64,000 nt of DNA from positions 352,001 through 416,000 of the IMG/VR virus record IMGVR_UViG_3300012642_000011; one strand, given 5' to 3'. Position 1 is the stretch's first letter, and each line of letters starts with the position of its first letter. Both the position numbers and the translations under genes were made by a program. A model generated the notes under the pieces. It was given only the letters and a program-made list of their open reading frames with translations. It made no database searches and had not been told where the DNA came from. Of the stretch, positions 47,605 through 58,024 are shown in pieces. Origin of the DNA: a virus.

Positions 47605-50600
47605 GAATCACGCTCTTCCTTCATTCTTCTGTCCACCTTGGGAGCAACCCTTCTCAACTTAGGCTTATTGTCAGGTTCAGATTTGTTTTCAGACATATAT
47701 CTTCTTACCTCAGAATCCGTATCCCTATCAGCCATTGTTCCTCGTGGGTCCACGTTTCGACTTCCCACATTTCTCTCTACCCTGTCTGCTTCAGAACCGA
47801 TCTTGTCAGCCTCTCTCAAAGCCGCCTCTGCCTGCTCTCTGATTCTTCTAGCATTATCAGAGATAGACCTTGCTTTTTGTCTCGTAGAATCGCTCTCACC
47901 TCTGTTAGAATCGACATTTTCACTTCTTCTATCATTTCCAGCAGTAGAAGATTCATCCTTACTTCTGAAGAAAGATCCAACTCTATCAGCCAACGTTGTC
48001 TCCTCACCATCACGTCTCTGTGAAGAACCCTCGCCAGAAGGACGTGTCTGAGAATCATTCTCAACTACCCTCTGCGATGCATTATTCTCTGAAGGAACTG
48101 TCCTCTCAACAACGGCAGGAACTTCCTTCTCTACAGTCACTACCTTTGGCTCAACAGGTGTATCACGCTGTGGTTTAACTGTTTCAACCTTTTCTGCTCT
48201 AGGTGCCTCAGTTCTGGTGTCTGAAGGAGTTGCTGATGCATCTCTATCAATCACTACATTGTCGATTCTGTCATTCACTCTAGGTGCAGACTCATTGTTT
48301 TCTACCACTGCTGGCTTCTCAGAAGGAACCTGCCTTGTCTCGTTAATTACAGGTCTTGCTTCTGTTGCATCCACATTGCTTCTTCTGCTTTCAGCAGGTG
48401 TTGTGTCAACGTTGTTTACAGGAGTTGCCACATTGCGATCCACAGATGGAGTAGGAGCAACAGAAGATGCATCATCTACCACAATGTTCTCTGGAAGAGC
48501 ACTGCTATCGATCTGCGGCGCTCTCACATCATCTTGACGTGATTGTGCGCTGAACTCATTCTGACGCTTCTCAGAGGCAACAGGGGCTTCCCTAACAGGA
48601 ATAGTTGGAGCAACACCCTCTCTATCTACAACAGCATCATTCATGTTGTCAGACCTTGATGGGAGATCTCTTATCGCCCCTTCAGAAAGGCTATCTGCTA
48701 CTACCGCCCTGTCTGCTACAGTATCAGTATTTGCCTGCTGTGCCCTAGCAAGTCTTTCAGCCTCAGCCCTCAAGTACTCTTGTGCATTTCTGTTAGCAAC
48801 ATCAGCATCTCTCAACTCATTTTCGGCATCCCTCAAGACATTATTGTCATTTTGAGTTGGGACTGCTCTATCATCAGAGTTGTCAACACTTGGAACCACA
48901 CGATCATTGTTCTCATTCACTACACGACTTGTCTCATCAGATGAGCGTGGTGTGCGAACTTCCTCTGTTTGCACTGGATCTCGTGTTCCCTCAACTGGTG
49001 CAGATTCCACTCGTGTCAGAGTCTCATCTGGCCTGTCAACGATTGATTCTACAGGTGTTGAAGGGATAACATCAGGCATCTCTCCTGAAGGAACTCTTCT
49101 GTCCTCAGATGTTGGAACAGCCATTGGTACTTCGTCACGAACTGGTCCCTGATCACGAACTGGTCTTTCGTTACGGGCAGTTGTTGTGTCGGTTTCAACA
49201 GGAGTCTCCACCTCAGGTACGCTGTCCACATTTCTGTCCTGACTTGAGGTACTGTCAAAAGATGCATCAACATGCTGGTCCTGTGGCTGTTGTACTGGAT
49301 CAACAGGAACAACAACAGGTGGTACTGTCTCTGCTCGTGTATCAACAGGTGTTGTTGCAGATGGAAGATCCGTTGAAGATGAAACTTCAGGTCTGTTATC
49401 AGGATACATCTCTGCAATCTCTTCATCACTGTACCTTGACAAGTCCTCAGCGGTTCGTGCAGGAGCATCAAAGTCTCTTGCAGATTCAGATACAGCAGGA
49501 TCAGGGTACATCTCTGCGATCTCTTCATCACTGTACCTTGACAAGTCCTCAGCGGTTCGTGCAGGAGCATCAAAGTCTCTTGCAGATTCAGATACAGCAG
49601 GATCAGGATACATTTCTGCGATCTCTTCATCACTGTATCTTGACAAGTCCTCACGAGTATATGGCTTGTCAGTATCAGGAGTGGAGAACTGGTAGCCTGC
49701 AGCCTGCATCTCTTCGACTTCTTCCTGAGTATAATTCTCATTTGTAACAGGATCAACGAATGGCGCATCGTCATCATCAGGCAGATCATCACTATAAGAG
49801 TCATCATAACCATATGGCATGGTTTCAGGCGTAGGCATCTCGTAATCAATAGGCTCATCATCAGCAGCGGTATTAAACCTGCCTGTAGTCCTATCGCTAT
49901 CGAGTGGGCGCTCATAGTCGCGTGTTCTTGGACCCTCATTATCACCACTGTTGACATTATCATCGTCAGGAAGATCGTTTGGATCGTCGTTTCCGTTAGG
50001 ATCTCTTAGATCATCATCGTTAGGGAGATCGTTTGGATCATCATTACCGCGAGGATCAATGGTGTCTTCCCAATTGAAGTCTCTTCTTGAAGCGGTGTCC
50101 ATGTCAAACTCATCAATAGACACACCTTCAGATGTTCTTCTAAAACGATCAGCATCCTCTATGTGAGAGAGATTTGCATTATCCTTGAGAGCATTAGTGT
50201 TCAATGGTGTAGCATCATTTCCCCATTTGTCCTTGAAGTCTTGAACATCGTATTCATCTTCAGGGTCCATAACTCTCTCAGAATCTCTGAATCTCTGGTA
50301 GTAGTTGGTGTCCATGTAGTCTTCACCGTTCCACTTCTCAGCGAACTCTTCTGGTGTCATTTGTCCATCAATGACTCTTTGAACATCCTGACTCTTCATG
50401 ACTTCATTTTCTGTCCTCTCAACATCCTTGTGGGTGTACAGATCAGATGCATTCAAATCATAGTATTTGTTGGAGTAAGCATCATGAGCAATCTTTGATG
50501 CTGCCAATGTAGATGCTGCAATAGCAAGATCATTTCCACGACTTGTTACATCATCAGAGATGTTTGCAAGTGCTTCTTTGTCTTCAGCAAGTTTCACAAC

Positions 50601-53384
50601 ATGCTCAACCATTGCGGATTCGGAATCGGCATCAAAGCGCTCAATGTCTCTGATAGAGAGTTCGGTTTCGAACTCCATCTCGAACTTCTCCTTGGCATTG
50701 TTCCATTCTTCAGTAGAATGCCTTCCCATGAGTTCTTGCTTCTCATCCTTGAGGTCTTGCAACTGATTCTCAAGCGCAGTAGTATCTTCGCCGTTGGCTT
50801 CAGCAACTTGAATGTTCAACTTCATGTCACGGATAGCATTTTCAAGTTCTTTCAACTCGGCAAGGTCAGCATACATTTGCTGGTTGCTCTTGGTAGAACT
50901 GGTCTGCTCGAACTGGGAGATGGCCTCCTGCTTCTCTTCATCACTCAATGATTCATCATTATTGATGTCATTAATGAATTGTTGATGCTTATTGTATTCG
51001 GATTCTTGCATGTCATAGAGTACGTCCTGAGCAGCCTGATCGTTGGCCTTCTTGTTCTGGTCAAGATAAGAAAGCTTTGCCTGATGATCTCGTACAGATT
51101 CCGATCTTCCCTCTGCATCCTGCTTTACAGTGTTGTAAGAAGAGACTGCTGCATTGTGTGTAGCCTCTGCATTTCTGACAGCATTTGCAGACTGCTCCAT
51201 CTTGGCCTTGAGTTCTTTCCTGTTCTGAAGGCTTGTACGATCCATAGCACGCATAGTGGCTGCCAGAGTGGTGTTGCCCTTCTTGAGTTCTCTGGTTGCA
51301 CCATCCACAACTCCAGCCTTGAGGCTTCCACCAGCAAAGGCTGATCCCACAGCACCGCCCATTGCACTTCTGCTGACTCTCTTCCAACGTTCTCCATCGT
51401 TGCCGAACCTCTGCTTAAGCGCATCAGTGGTCTTACGTCCTATCTGTTCTCCACCCATATTGACACGACCAATGAGTTCCATTATTTCTGACCTGTAGTA
51501 CCACAGAACAAGGCTGATAAGGATGATGAAAATCATAGTCATCAAAATGTTGTCCATGCCTGCAAGTGCTGCACCATAGAATGCTATAGTGATGACCAAG
51601 AACAAAGCGGATACGACATATTTGATCAGGTAGCCAACAACATTCTCAAGCCAGCCGAAGAAGATCCTCTTTCCTCTACCTGGATGTGCTGCAAAGAGCA
51701 AGAAGAAGGGAGCAAAGATCAACATGATCAAAGACAGTATGTAGAACATGAGGGCAGAGAGTCCAATAGCCATCAAGATCAGCCCACCAACAATGGACAT
51801 GAAGACAGCCAATCCACTCATGGTCAAGTCTTCTGTGAATCCCATTGAATTATTGGAATTCCATGAAGACCACATTCCTTGATCTTGGGCAATGACGTTG
51901 ACCAACTTATACCAATCAGCGTCTCTTGATTCAGGATTATTGAGAGCATCTATGGTAATGTCTGGTTGCATTGAAGCCTTTGAAGACAAGAATGCTTGAT
52001 AGATCATCAAGTTACAAATCTGCACATCTGACTTGTCTAGAACGAGAATACCATTCTTCATGCTGTCAGCAGACCTACTTGACCCCATGTTGACACAGAA
52101 ATCTTCTGGACTATATCCTGCTTTCTCAATCAATGGTCTAACCTGAGGACTATATGCATCAAGTCTTTCAAAACTTGTACCAAAAGATCCGTAGGAAATG
52201 GGGTTAAGAACAAAACTCTTCCAAATTTGGCAATTAATGGAATTGACTGTCATGGACATGGTTTTTCCTGATCCAATTCCAGAACCATTTGATGAGGAAA
52301 CACACAGGTTATCTCTTGATGATGTACCATTCTCAGGCACCAAAGATACACCACGTTCTCCTGTCAAACAGTTATCTCCACCCATGACGCCAATTACACA
52401 AGATGCCATGGTGTTAGTGATCTCCATAGGGGCACGTGCAAGAAGTTGTGGGTTACCGAGGAATCCAATACCGAGCATAACCACGACAATAGACCACAAT
52501 GCTCCACCTAGTGCTGACCTTACTCGTCTCTTGCCTCCTTCCCAAATAATCCACATTCCAGAAAGCACAGACATCAAAACAAGGAGAGGGAAATAAATAC
52601 TCTTGGTGAGAGAAGCGATCAGACCTTCTTCACTTCCTCCATCTCCACCAATAAATCCAAGAAGGTTAAAGCATACTGTGCCTTCTGGGGCATTTGGCTG
52701 GCAGATGAATTCAGGGTTGAACGCCCAACTGATAACCGCTCCTGAGACAAACGAGAATCCATTGGCAAGTGCAAGACCAAGATTAGCAACAGTTCTTCCT
52801 AGAGGGTTTATAATACACCCAGCGCCACCTCGTGAACTCTGAATGTCTTCCATGCGTGGGTTCTCACCCCATGCCTCTTGGTTCACATCTCTTGCAAAGA
52901 AGAACCAGCCAGGGTTCTCATTCTCACCATAAAAGTTGACAAAGAAAGCGTTGTTAGCAAATGCCTCTTGTGCAGTGAATACTCTGTTCTCTGATTCTCC
53001 ATTAGGGAAAGTACTTAGTGGTGTAGTCCAATCATTTTTATCACCCATTCCAACGCCTAGTCCTGGGCTACAGAACAATGATGCCTCTGCCTGACCTACA
53101 GAAACAGAATGCTGATCGGGAGAACCTGAATTATTATTTGTAAGAGAAGAAATACCTAAAGGAAGAAAGGTCATCACAAGCACAATTAAGGCCAGAGCAA
53201 TCGCACTGGCTGCATTGAAAACAGATGTGATCTTCTTCGTCTCAACTGGTGAAGTGTACTGAGAACTCAGGTAGTTTGCATTCCCGCTCAAGGTTATTCT
53301 CCTGCTCGTCTTTTTGGTTCTGGTATCAGTTTTCTCTAAATAGACACAAAAAGAGAAGGCCGCTGACTCTATTTTCAATATCAC
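47601..53384 (-). CDS. Giant VirB6/TrbL-like polytopic membrane protein (up to 1927 aa) with roughly 800-aa disordered repeat-containing tail
   Basis: Membrane core with IFAPFFLLFAAHPGRGKRIF, paralogous to the other two giants. A coiled-coil region precedes a D/E/P/V/R-rich tail with 34-aa tandem repeats. The likely true start is a TTG near 53291, preceded by AGGAGAATAACC. Confidence 0.55.
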   Translation of the reverse strand: MILKIESAAFSFCVYLEKTDTRTKKTSRRITLSGNANYLSSQYTSPVETKKITSVFNAASAIALALIVLVMTFLPLGISSLTNNNSGSPDQHSVSVGQAEASLFCSPGLGVGMGDKNDWTTPLSTFPNGESENRVFTAQEAFANNAFFVNFYGENENPGWFFFARDVNQEAWGENPRMEDIQSSRGGAGCIINPLGRTVANLGLALANGFSFVSGAVISWAFNPEFICQPNAPEGTVCFNLLGFIGGDGGSEEGLIASLTKSIYFPLLVLMSVLSGMWIIWEGGKRRVRSALGGALWSIVVVMLGIGFLGNPQLLARAPMEITNTMASCVIGVMGGDNCLTGERGVSLVPENGTSSRDNLCVSSSNGSGIGSGKTMSMTVNSINCQIWKSFVLNPISYGSFGTSFERLDAYSPQVRPLIEKAGYSPEDFCVNMGSSRSADSMKNGILVLDKSDVQICNLMIYQAFLSSKASMQPDITIDALNNPESRDADWYKLVNVIAQDQGMWSSWNSNNSMGFTEDLTMSGLAVFMSIVGGLILMAIGLSALMFYILSLIMLIFAPFFLLFAAHPGRGKRIFFGWLENVVGYLIKYVVSALFLVITIAFYGAALAGMDNILMTMIFIILISLVLWYYRSEIMELIGRVNMGGEQIGRKTTDALKQRFGNDGERWKRVSRSAMGGAVGSAFAGGSLKAGVVDGATRELKKGNTTLAATMRAMDRTSLQNRKELKAKMEQSANAVRNAEATHNAAVSSYNTVKQDAEGRSESVRDHQAKLSYLDQNKKANDQAAQDVLYDMQESEYNKHQQFINDINNDESLSDEEKQEAISQFEQTSSTKSNQQMYADLAELKELENAIRDMKLNIQVAEANGEDTTALENQLQDLKDEKQELMGRHSTEEWNNAKEKFEMEFETELSIRDIERFDADSESAMVEHVVKLAEDKEALANISDDVTSRGNDLAIAASTLAASKIAHDAYSNKYYDLNASDLYTHKDVERTENEVMKSQDVQRVIDGQMTPEEFAEKWNGEDYMDTNYYQRFRDSERVMDPEDEYDVQDFKDKWGNDATPLNTNALKDNANLSHIEDADRFRRTSEGVSIDEFDMDTASRRDFNWEDTIDPRGNDDPNDLPNDDDLRDPNGNDDPNDLPDDDNVNSGDNEGPRTRDYERPLDSDRTTGRFNTAADDEPIDYEMPTPETMPYGYDDSYSDDLPDDDDAPFVDPVTNENYTQEEVEEMQAAGYQFSTPDTDKPYTREDLSRYSDEEIAEMYPDPAVSESARDFDAPARTAEDLSRYSDEEIAEMYPDPAVSESARDFDAPARTAEDLSRYSDEEIAEMYPDNRPEVSSSTDLPSATTPVDTRAETVPPVVVPVDPVQQPQDQHVDASFDSTSSQDRNVDSVPEVETPVETDTTTARNERPVRDQGPVRDEVPMAVPTSEDRRVPSGEMPDVIPSTPVESIVDRPDETLTRVESAPVEGTRDPVQTEEVRTPRSSDETSRVVNENNDRVVPSVDNSDDRAVPTQNDNNVLRDAENELRDADVANRNAQEYLRAEAERLARAQQANTDTVADRAVVADSLSEGAIRDLPSRSDNMNDAVVDREGVAPTIPVREAPVASEKRQNEFSAQSRQDDVRAPQIDSSALPENIVVDDASSVAPTPSVDRNVATPVNNVDTTPAESRRSNVDATEARPVINETRQVPSEKPAVVENNESAPRVNDRIDNVVIDRDASATPSDTRTEAPRAEKVETVKPQRDTPVEPKVVTVEKEVPAVVERTVPSENNASQRVVENDSQTRPSGEGSSQRRDGEETTLADRVGSFFRSKDESSTAGNDRRSENVDSNRGESDSTRQKARSISDNARRIREQAEAALREADKIGSEADRVERNVGSRNVDPRGTMADRDTDSEVRRYMSENKSEPDNKPKLRRVAPKVDRRMKEERDS
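49401..49655. repeat. 102-bp tandem repeat (about 2.5 copies) inside the 1927-aa gene
   Basis: Copies start near 49401, 49503 and 49605. They encode TAEDLSRYSDEEIAEMYPDPAVSESARDFDAPAR and are nearly identical. Confidence 0.8.
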
Positions 53385-53434
53385 AATAGGGTCAACGGCC
53401 TTCTGAATTATTCAGTTATTTGATCTGAAGAGCA

Positions 53435-54892
53435 TCACTTTTCCAAGATAGCAGATGCCACCTCTGCAATCTTAGACCTCTCTGTCTTCTTCAATGTGAT
53501 GTGAGCAGCAACGCCCTTGTCCTTAAGCTGGTCGATCAACTTCCACACATCAGCATTCTGACCAGACCTTAAGTACTTATTATCTACCTGAGCCGCATCA
53601 AAAGTGAGGATGATCTTAGAATCCTTTCCTGCTCTGGAAAGAATGTGCAGCAACTCTGAAGAAGAGAAGTTCTGCGCCTCTTCAATAATCAAAATAGCGT
53701 TGGAGATGGAGCGGCCTCTGAGGTAAGTGATAGGCTGTACTTCAATGAACTCATACAGTTTCTCCTTCTCCTTATTAATATTCTCCTTTGATGTACTCTT
53801 ATTCTTAGACTCATTGGAAATTGTGGCAATGGATTCCAAAGCATCATCAATAGCACCTGCCCATGGTGCCATCTTGTCTTCAATAGTACCTGGCAGGAAT
53901 CCCATCTCCTGACCCTGACCCATCTCGTGAAGACTCCTAAAGACAAGCACCTTTCTGTAAGGCGTATGCGCGTCTTTTACTTGAGCGATAGAGGCAGCAA
54001 GAGCAACCATCGTCTTTCCACCACCTGCATTTCCACCTACAGAGACGACAGGAATGCTATCTGATGACTCATTGATGTATTCCACCAATGCCTTCTGCTC
54101 AATTGATCTTGGAACAATATTGATGCTATTATTCCTTGCTTTGATTCTACATGCTTCACTAGAAAGATTCTTGACAATCTTCCTATTGACCATCAAATAG
54201 GTCATTGCCTTGTTCTGATTTATCACGATGAGAGCACTACTTGCAGCGCCCTCTGGCAGTCTACTGAGAACAAGAGTTTGGAACTCAGCAGAGACCACAC
54301 CACTATCATCCTCATCATAGGCCATGTTGACTTCCTCATCGGAGAGGTTTACATGATAAACACCATCGAAAGGTCGCACTTCAGTTGAAAGATCATAAGC
54401 ATCTTTTTCAAGATGCAACTTGGCATTGATCCTCATAGGTAGATCTCTTGAAAGAAGCACTACATCTTTTCTCTCATCTGCGCTTTTGGCTTTTTCCTCT
54501 TCGGATCGATTCTTAAGGACGGCAAGGATTGTGCTGTCATTGCTTCCATCCTGAAGAGGAAGTGGAAGTGTGCTCTGATTCTTGTGATTCATCTCAATAG
54601 ATAGATACACATTATCTGTTTCTGGGATCAATACACCCTTTTCAAAATTATCCTTACCATCAGAGATGAGAGTATCCTCAATCAGATGCAACCATGCTCT
54701 TGCAGAATAGCCAAGCGTGCTGTGTGATCTCTTTTCCTCCAACTCCCTGATCACCACTGCTGGAATCACAAAAACGCAATTGCTGAATTCCTGCAACATG
54801 GAGGGGCTGAAATCAAGAAGAATTGATGTATCGACAACCACCTCCTTTTCCTTGAGAAATTCGGAAACCTTGGTGTTGTTATCGTTGATCAT
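53435..54892 (-). CDS. PIN-domain PhoH-like ATPase (PhoH2/YlaK architecture)
   Basis: N-terminal PIN VVVDTSILLDF ... VFVIPAVVIRELE. C-terminal PhoH P-loop VVSVGGNAGGGKTMVALAAS, plus DE and TGD motifs. Confidence 0.75.
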   Translation of the reverse strand: MINDNNTKVSEFLKEKEVVVDTSILLDFSPSMLQEFSNCVFVIPAVVIRELEEKRSHSTLGYSARAWLHLIEDTLISDGKDNFEKGVLIPETDNVYLSIEMNHKNQSTLPLPLQDGSNDSTILAVLKNRSEEEKAKSADERKDVVLLSRDLPMRINAKLHLEKDAYDLSTEVRPFDGVYHVNLSDEEVNMAYDEDDSGVVSAEFQTLVLSRLPEGAASSALIVINQNKAMTYLMVNRKIVKNLSSEACRIKARNNSINIVPRSIEQKALVEYINESSDSIPVVSVGGNAGGGKTMVALAASIAQVKDAHTPYRKVLVFRSLHEMGQGQEMGFLPGTIEDKMAPWAGAIDDALESIATISNESKNKSTSKENINKEKEKLYEFIEVQPITYLRGRSISNAILIIEEAQNFSSSELLHILSRAGKDSKIILTFDAAQVDNKYLRSGQNADVWKLIDQLKDKGVAAHITLKKTERSKIAEVASAILEK

Positions 54893-54996
54893 GGACTCTC
54901 CCTATCTAATAGACTATTGAACTTTTCTCGGCAAAGTTCCGCGCCGTATTGCTTATTCAGTTGTACTATAGACATCATAGCATCTTGACCATAGAA

Positions 54997-55061
54997 AAAC
55001 CGAGGTTAACAGATTTTTCTTTAGAAGTTTTAATAACCTCCTGATCTGTTAGCCTCGGTTT
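54997..55061 (-). terminator. Long inverted repeat / terminator between the pseudopilin block and phoH2
   Basis: 18-bp arms aaaccgaggttaacagat / atctgttagcctcggttt with one mismatch and a 29-nt loop, followed by TTTTTCTATGG on the minus strand. Confidence 0.45.
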
Positions 55062-55130
55062 CAATATTTTAATGCTATCACATCATATCATGAATGTCAA
55101 TGATGATACTTTATTCTCTAATGATAGAGA

Positions 55131-55862
55131 TCATGGAGATGGCGATTCAGAAGACTCACTATAAGCATCCGTGCTCATAGAAATAGCAGCGCTGACTTCA
55201 GCCTCCTGCACATTACAAGTAGATACCCATGGCTCAAGATGGAACATACTCTGTGAAGCATCATAGATCTTTACTCTCAAGATGTCATAAGACCCTGATG
55301 AAGCCTCGTTTTCAGGAAGTTCTGCCGCGCCATGTGAAAGAGGTACTATACCGGAAGCTGTAGTTCCCCCATATCCCTTATAAGATCCTCGACCTTCCAC
55401 AAGTCCATTATCATTGATCCTGTCAGAAAGGTTCCCACTTACACCAGATGATACTAGCTGGAATTCATAATAGGGAGCACTCACCACTTTTGAATCTTTT
55501 CTTAATTGTCCATCAAGACCAACAGTACCCTTCAAATCAATCGTATCACAAACGCCTTCTGCAGATGCCTGTCCTACTGTCCTTGTTTGATCGGAGTTCT
55601 CATACGCACTAATAGTAGCATTGATAGCCTTGTTCTTATGAATAAAACCATCGCCTTTGATTTGGGATGCTCCCCTGTTGACAGCATTCTGTGCAAGCGA
55701 CCTCTGTGTAGCAGCGTTAACAGCCTGATCTGAAATTGACATTCCCATGACCCACATTCCAACCAATAATGGGATGCCAATCAGGAAGGGGGTGAGGACA
55801 GAATCACCATCATCTTTTCCGTCTTTGAATTTATGCTGGATAGTCTCTTTAAAGTATTTCAT
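55131..55862 (-). CDS. TadE/TadG-like pseudopilin (243 aa)
   Basis: Short charged leader, then GDSVLTPFLIGIPLLVGMWVMG as a single N-terminal hydrophobic helix, then a secreted beta-rich domain. Confidence 0.45.
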   Translation of the reverse strand: MKYFKETIQHKFKDGKDDGDSVLTPFLIGIPLLVGMWVMGMSISDQAVNAATQRSLAQNAVNRGASQIKGDGFIHKNKAINATISAYENSDQTRTVGQASAEGVCDTIDLKGTVGLDGQLRKDSKVVSAPYYEFQLVSSGVSGNLSDRINDNGLVEGRGSYKGYGGTTASGIVPLSHGAAELPENEASSGSYDILRVKIYDASQSMFHLEPWVSTCNVQEAEVSAAISMSTDAYSESSESPSP

Positions 55863-56458
55863 TTATTCTTTCCTCCGCACATCTCTGTTGTAGAAGATTC
55901 TCCCTTAGCCAACTTCACTTCAGATCCTGCAGTAGCACATGTACGTTGAACTGTCTCCTCACCTTCAATTGCATTTTGCAAACTCAAGAATGAAAGAGGG
56001 AATGATCCATATGTCCAATCAATTTGGCACCACATTGTTGAACCTACGCCTGTTGACTGATCTGGACCACAAGCAACTTTGTTCACATCAATGTTCACCA
56101 TTCCATGACCATCAGCGTTGGCAATACTGTTCAATACTCCACATTCAACAGGTTTAGAAGCAACAGCGTCTGGGAATTTCTTCTTTCCAATCCCATCACA
56201 CGCCCCCTTCATGCCGCCTTGTTCATAAGAAACTTTGGTATACACCTCTGGAACATCTTCCGCTTTCGTTGATCCGAAAGAAGCAACAGAGTCAGCACCT
56301 GATTTGGCAAGAGAAGTCATCACAGTGGAATTGGTATTGTATACGTGGAAATCAAGAAGACTTATAGCACATACTATCATAGGGAAAACAACCAGCAGCA
56401 TGCTTACAAGGGTATCACCCCTATCGCTTTTAAGTTTTTTAAGTATTCTTGAAATCAT
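55859..56458 (-). CDS. TadE-like pseudopilin (199 aa)
   Basis: Leader KSDRGDTLVSMLLVVFPMIVCAISLL. Same architecture as its two neighbours. Confidence 0.45.
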   Translation of the reverse strand: MISRILKKLKSDRGDTLVSMLLVVFPMIVCAISLLDFHVYNTNSTVMTSLAKSGADSVASFGSTKAEDVPEVYTKVSYEQGGMKGACDGIGKKKFPDAVASKPVECGVLNSIANADGHGMVNIDVNKVACGPDQSTGVGSTMWCQIDWTYGSFPLSFLSLQNAIEGEETVQRTCATAGSEVKLAKGESSTTEMCGGKNK

Positions 56459-56503
56459 TTTGATCCCCCATTAAATAAGGTTTATATTACTTTAATATCT
56501 AAT

Positions 56504-57085
56504 TCACGCAACAGAAGTAGAACATTTCTCTGTTGACTTGATACCATTAGGATTCATTGCCACTTCTGCTGCTGCTGTTCCACATGTAAGATTGGAATGT
56601 TTTGCCTTAGGAGCCATCGCTTGATATGCTGCCCTAAGGCTTCCTGCCAATGCAGGACTTTCCCATTCTACTTCACAGAAAGTCAACTCATTGACTTCTG
56701 TTGTTGTGCGAGGGGCACAGTGAACATTGTGAATCACAATGTTTCCTATTCCTTTTCCTTCAACTGCTGAGATCCTATTGATGATTTCACATTCAGTGGC
56801 AGATTTTCCAACAGTGCTTCCCTTGTACAACTTTGTATTCAAATTTTCACAGTTATCATTTACGCCTACAGTTTTAGACAATTTACTTGACTCATTACCA
56901 CCAAGGACAGCAACAGTAGTTGCACCATCTCTTGCAATCGTTTGAATAGCCGCTTGGTTTTTCTGAAGGATCGCAAAATCAGGGATGGTGAACACCATGA
57001 CCGCTAAAATGGCAATGACAATGATAAAACTCACTAAAGAGTCACCTGTATCATCCTTGAACCTATCTATAATTCTTTGTTTCAT
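56504..57085 (-). CDS. TadE-like pseudopilin (193 aa)
   Basis: Leader DDTGDSLVSFIIVIAILAVMVFTIPDF, resembling the TadE consensus (G-S/A-x-x-V-E-F-hydrophobic). Confidence 0.45.
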   Translation of the reverse strand: MKQRIIDRFKDDTGDSLVSFIIVIAILAVMVFTIPDFAILQKNQAAIQTIARDGATTVAVLGGNESSKLSKTVGVNDNCENLNTKLYKGSTVGKSATECEIINRISAVEGKGIGNIVIHNVHCAPRTTTEVNELTFCEVEWESPALAGSLRAAYQAMAPKAKHSNLTCGTAAAEVAMNPNGIKSTEKCSTSVA

Positions 57086-57116
57086 TGTGTGCTATCCTCC
57101 ATGGCAGAAACAATGA

Positions 57117-58004
57117 TCAATTTCCAAACTTCTTGATCTTGTCAAGTTCTTCTCTAAGGTTCCTAATGAGATCTAAATAATTCATGCATTGTGAGCAATT
57201 GTAGATCTTGGGGACATCTCCCCAACCATTCTCGGCCACATCAATGATAGATATGTAGAACCTTCTTTTTGCGTCAAGACTAAGGTGGGCATCAGAGATA
57301 CTATTAGGTTCCAAAGCGAAGATCATCATTCTTAAGTAATCAGATGATGAGATCATTAATCTCTGTGCTCTCCATTTGATTGTCTCTGCTTCTGCTGTGG
57401 ACATTCTTCCAGAAAGACGATTGGATCTTTTTACTTTTTGTGAAATAAGTTTACCCAGTTTATCATCGATTTCGCTGATCCTTTTCTGATGCATGTATAC
57501 TTCATCTTCATCTTCTTCGTTGTCCATCATGTCATAGGCAGCAAAACGTTCTTTCTGAAGAGCGTTCTTGTTCTTCTCAATGTCGTCTAGTTCCTCTAAA
57601 GCCTTCTCTGCCCTATCTCTCCAATGTGGGAGATCGATGCTGGCAATGGACCTTGATCTGATGATCTCGGCCATAGAGGTTTTCTCGCCAATCTTCTTAA
57701 TCTTTTCAATCTCATTGTCTAAAGATGTCCTCTCTGAATCAGTAACTGTGATAGTAACTCTCTGATCGAGGGGAGCGCCTCGTTTTTTAGCAGGAGATCT
57801 TCTTGGCTTCCATTCCTCTTTGAAAAGTTCTGCAAGGTCTTCCCTATTGTACCTTTTCAAAAGTTCAAGTTTGGCATTGACATCCATCTCTTCAGTAGCA
57901 ACAGTATATTTTTTACTTTCTGCTTCCTCTTGAGATTTCTGTTTTCTCAAATCAGATTTGATCTTCTCCACACGTGAATTTGATCTCTTAGTCATAGTAG
58001 CCAT
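57117..58004 (-). CDS. Hypothetical charged coiled-coil protein (295 aa)
   Basis: Intact ORF. Confidence 0.3.
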   Translation of the reverse strand: MATMTKRSNSRVEKIKSDLRKQKSQEEAESKKYTVATEEMDVNAKLELLKRYNREDLAELFKEEWKPRRSPAKKRGAPLDQRVTITVTDSERTSLDNEIEKIKKIGEKTSMAEIIRSRSIASIDLPHWRDRAEKALEELDDIEKNKNALQKERFAAYDMMDNEEDEDEVYMHQKRISEIDDKLGKLISQKVKRSNRLSGRMSTAEAETIKWRAQRLMISSSDYLRMMIFALEPNSISDAHLSLDAKRRFYISIIDVAENGWGDVPKIYNCSQCMNYLDLIRNLREELDKIKKFGN

Positions 58005-58024
58005 TCTTATCTCCTTTTTAAAAC

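Noticed and set aside
49401-50056. Tandem repeats as a possible CRISPR array
   Set aside because: The repeats are 102 bp, contiguous with no spacers, in frame within a large ORF, and encode a repeated peptide.
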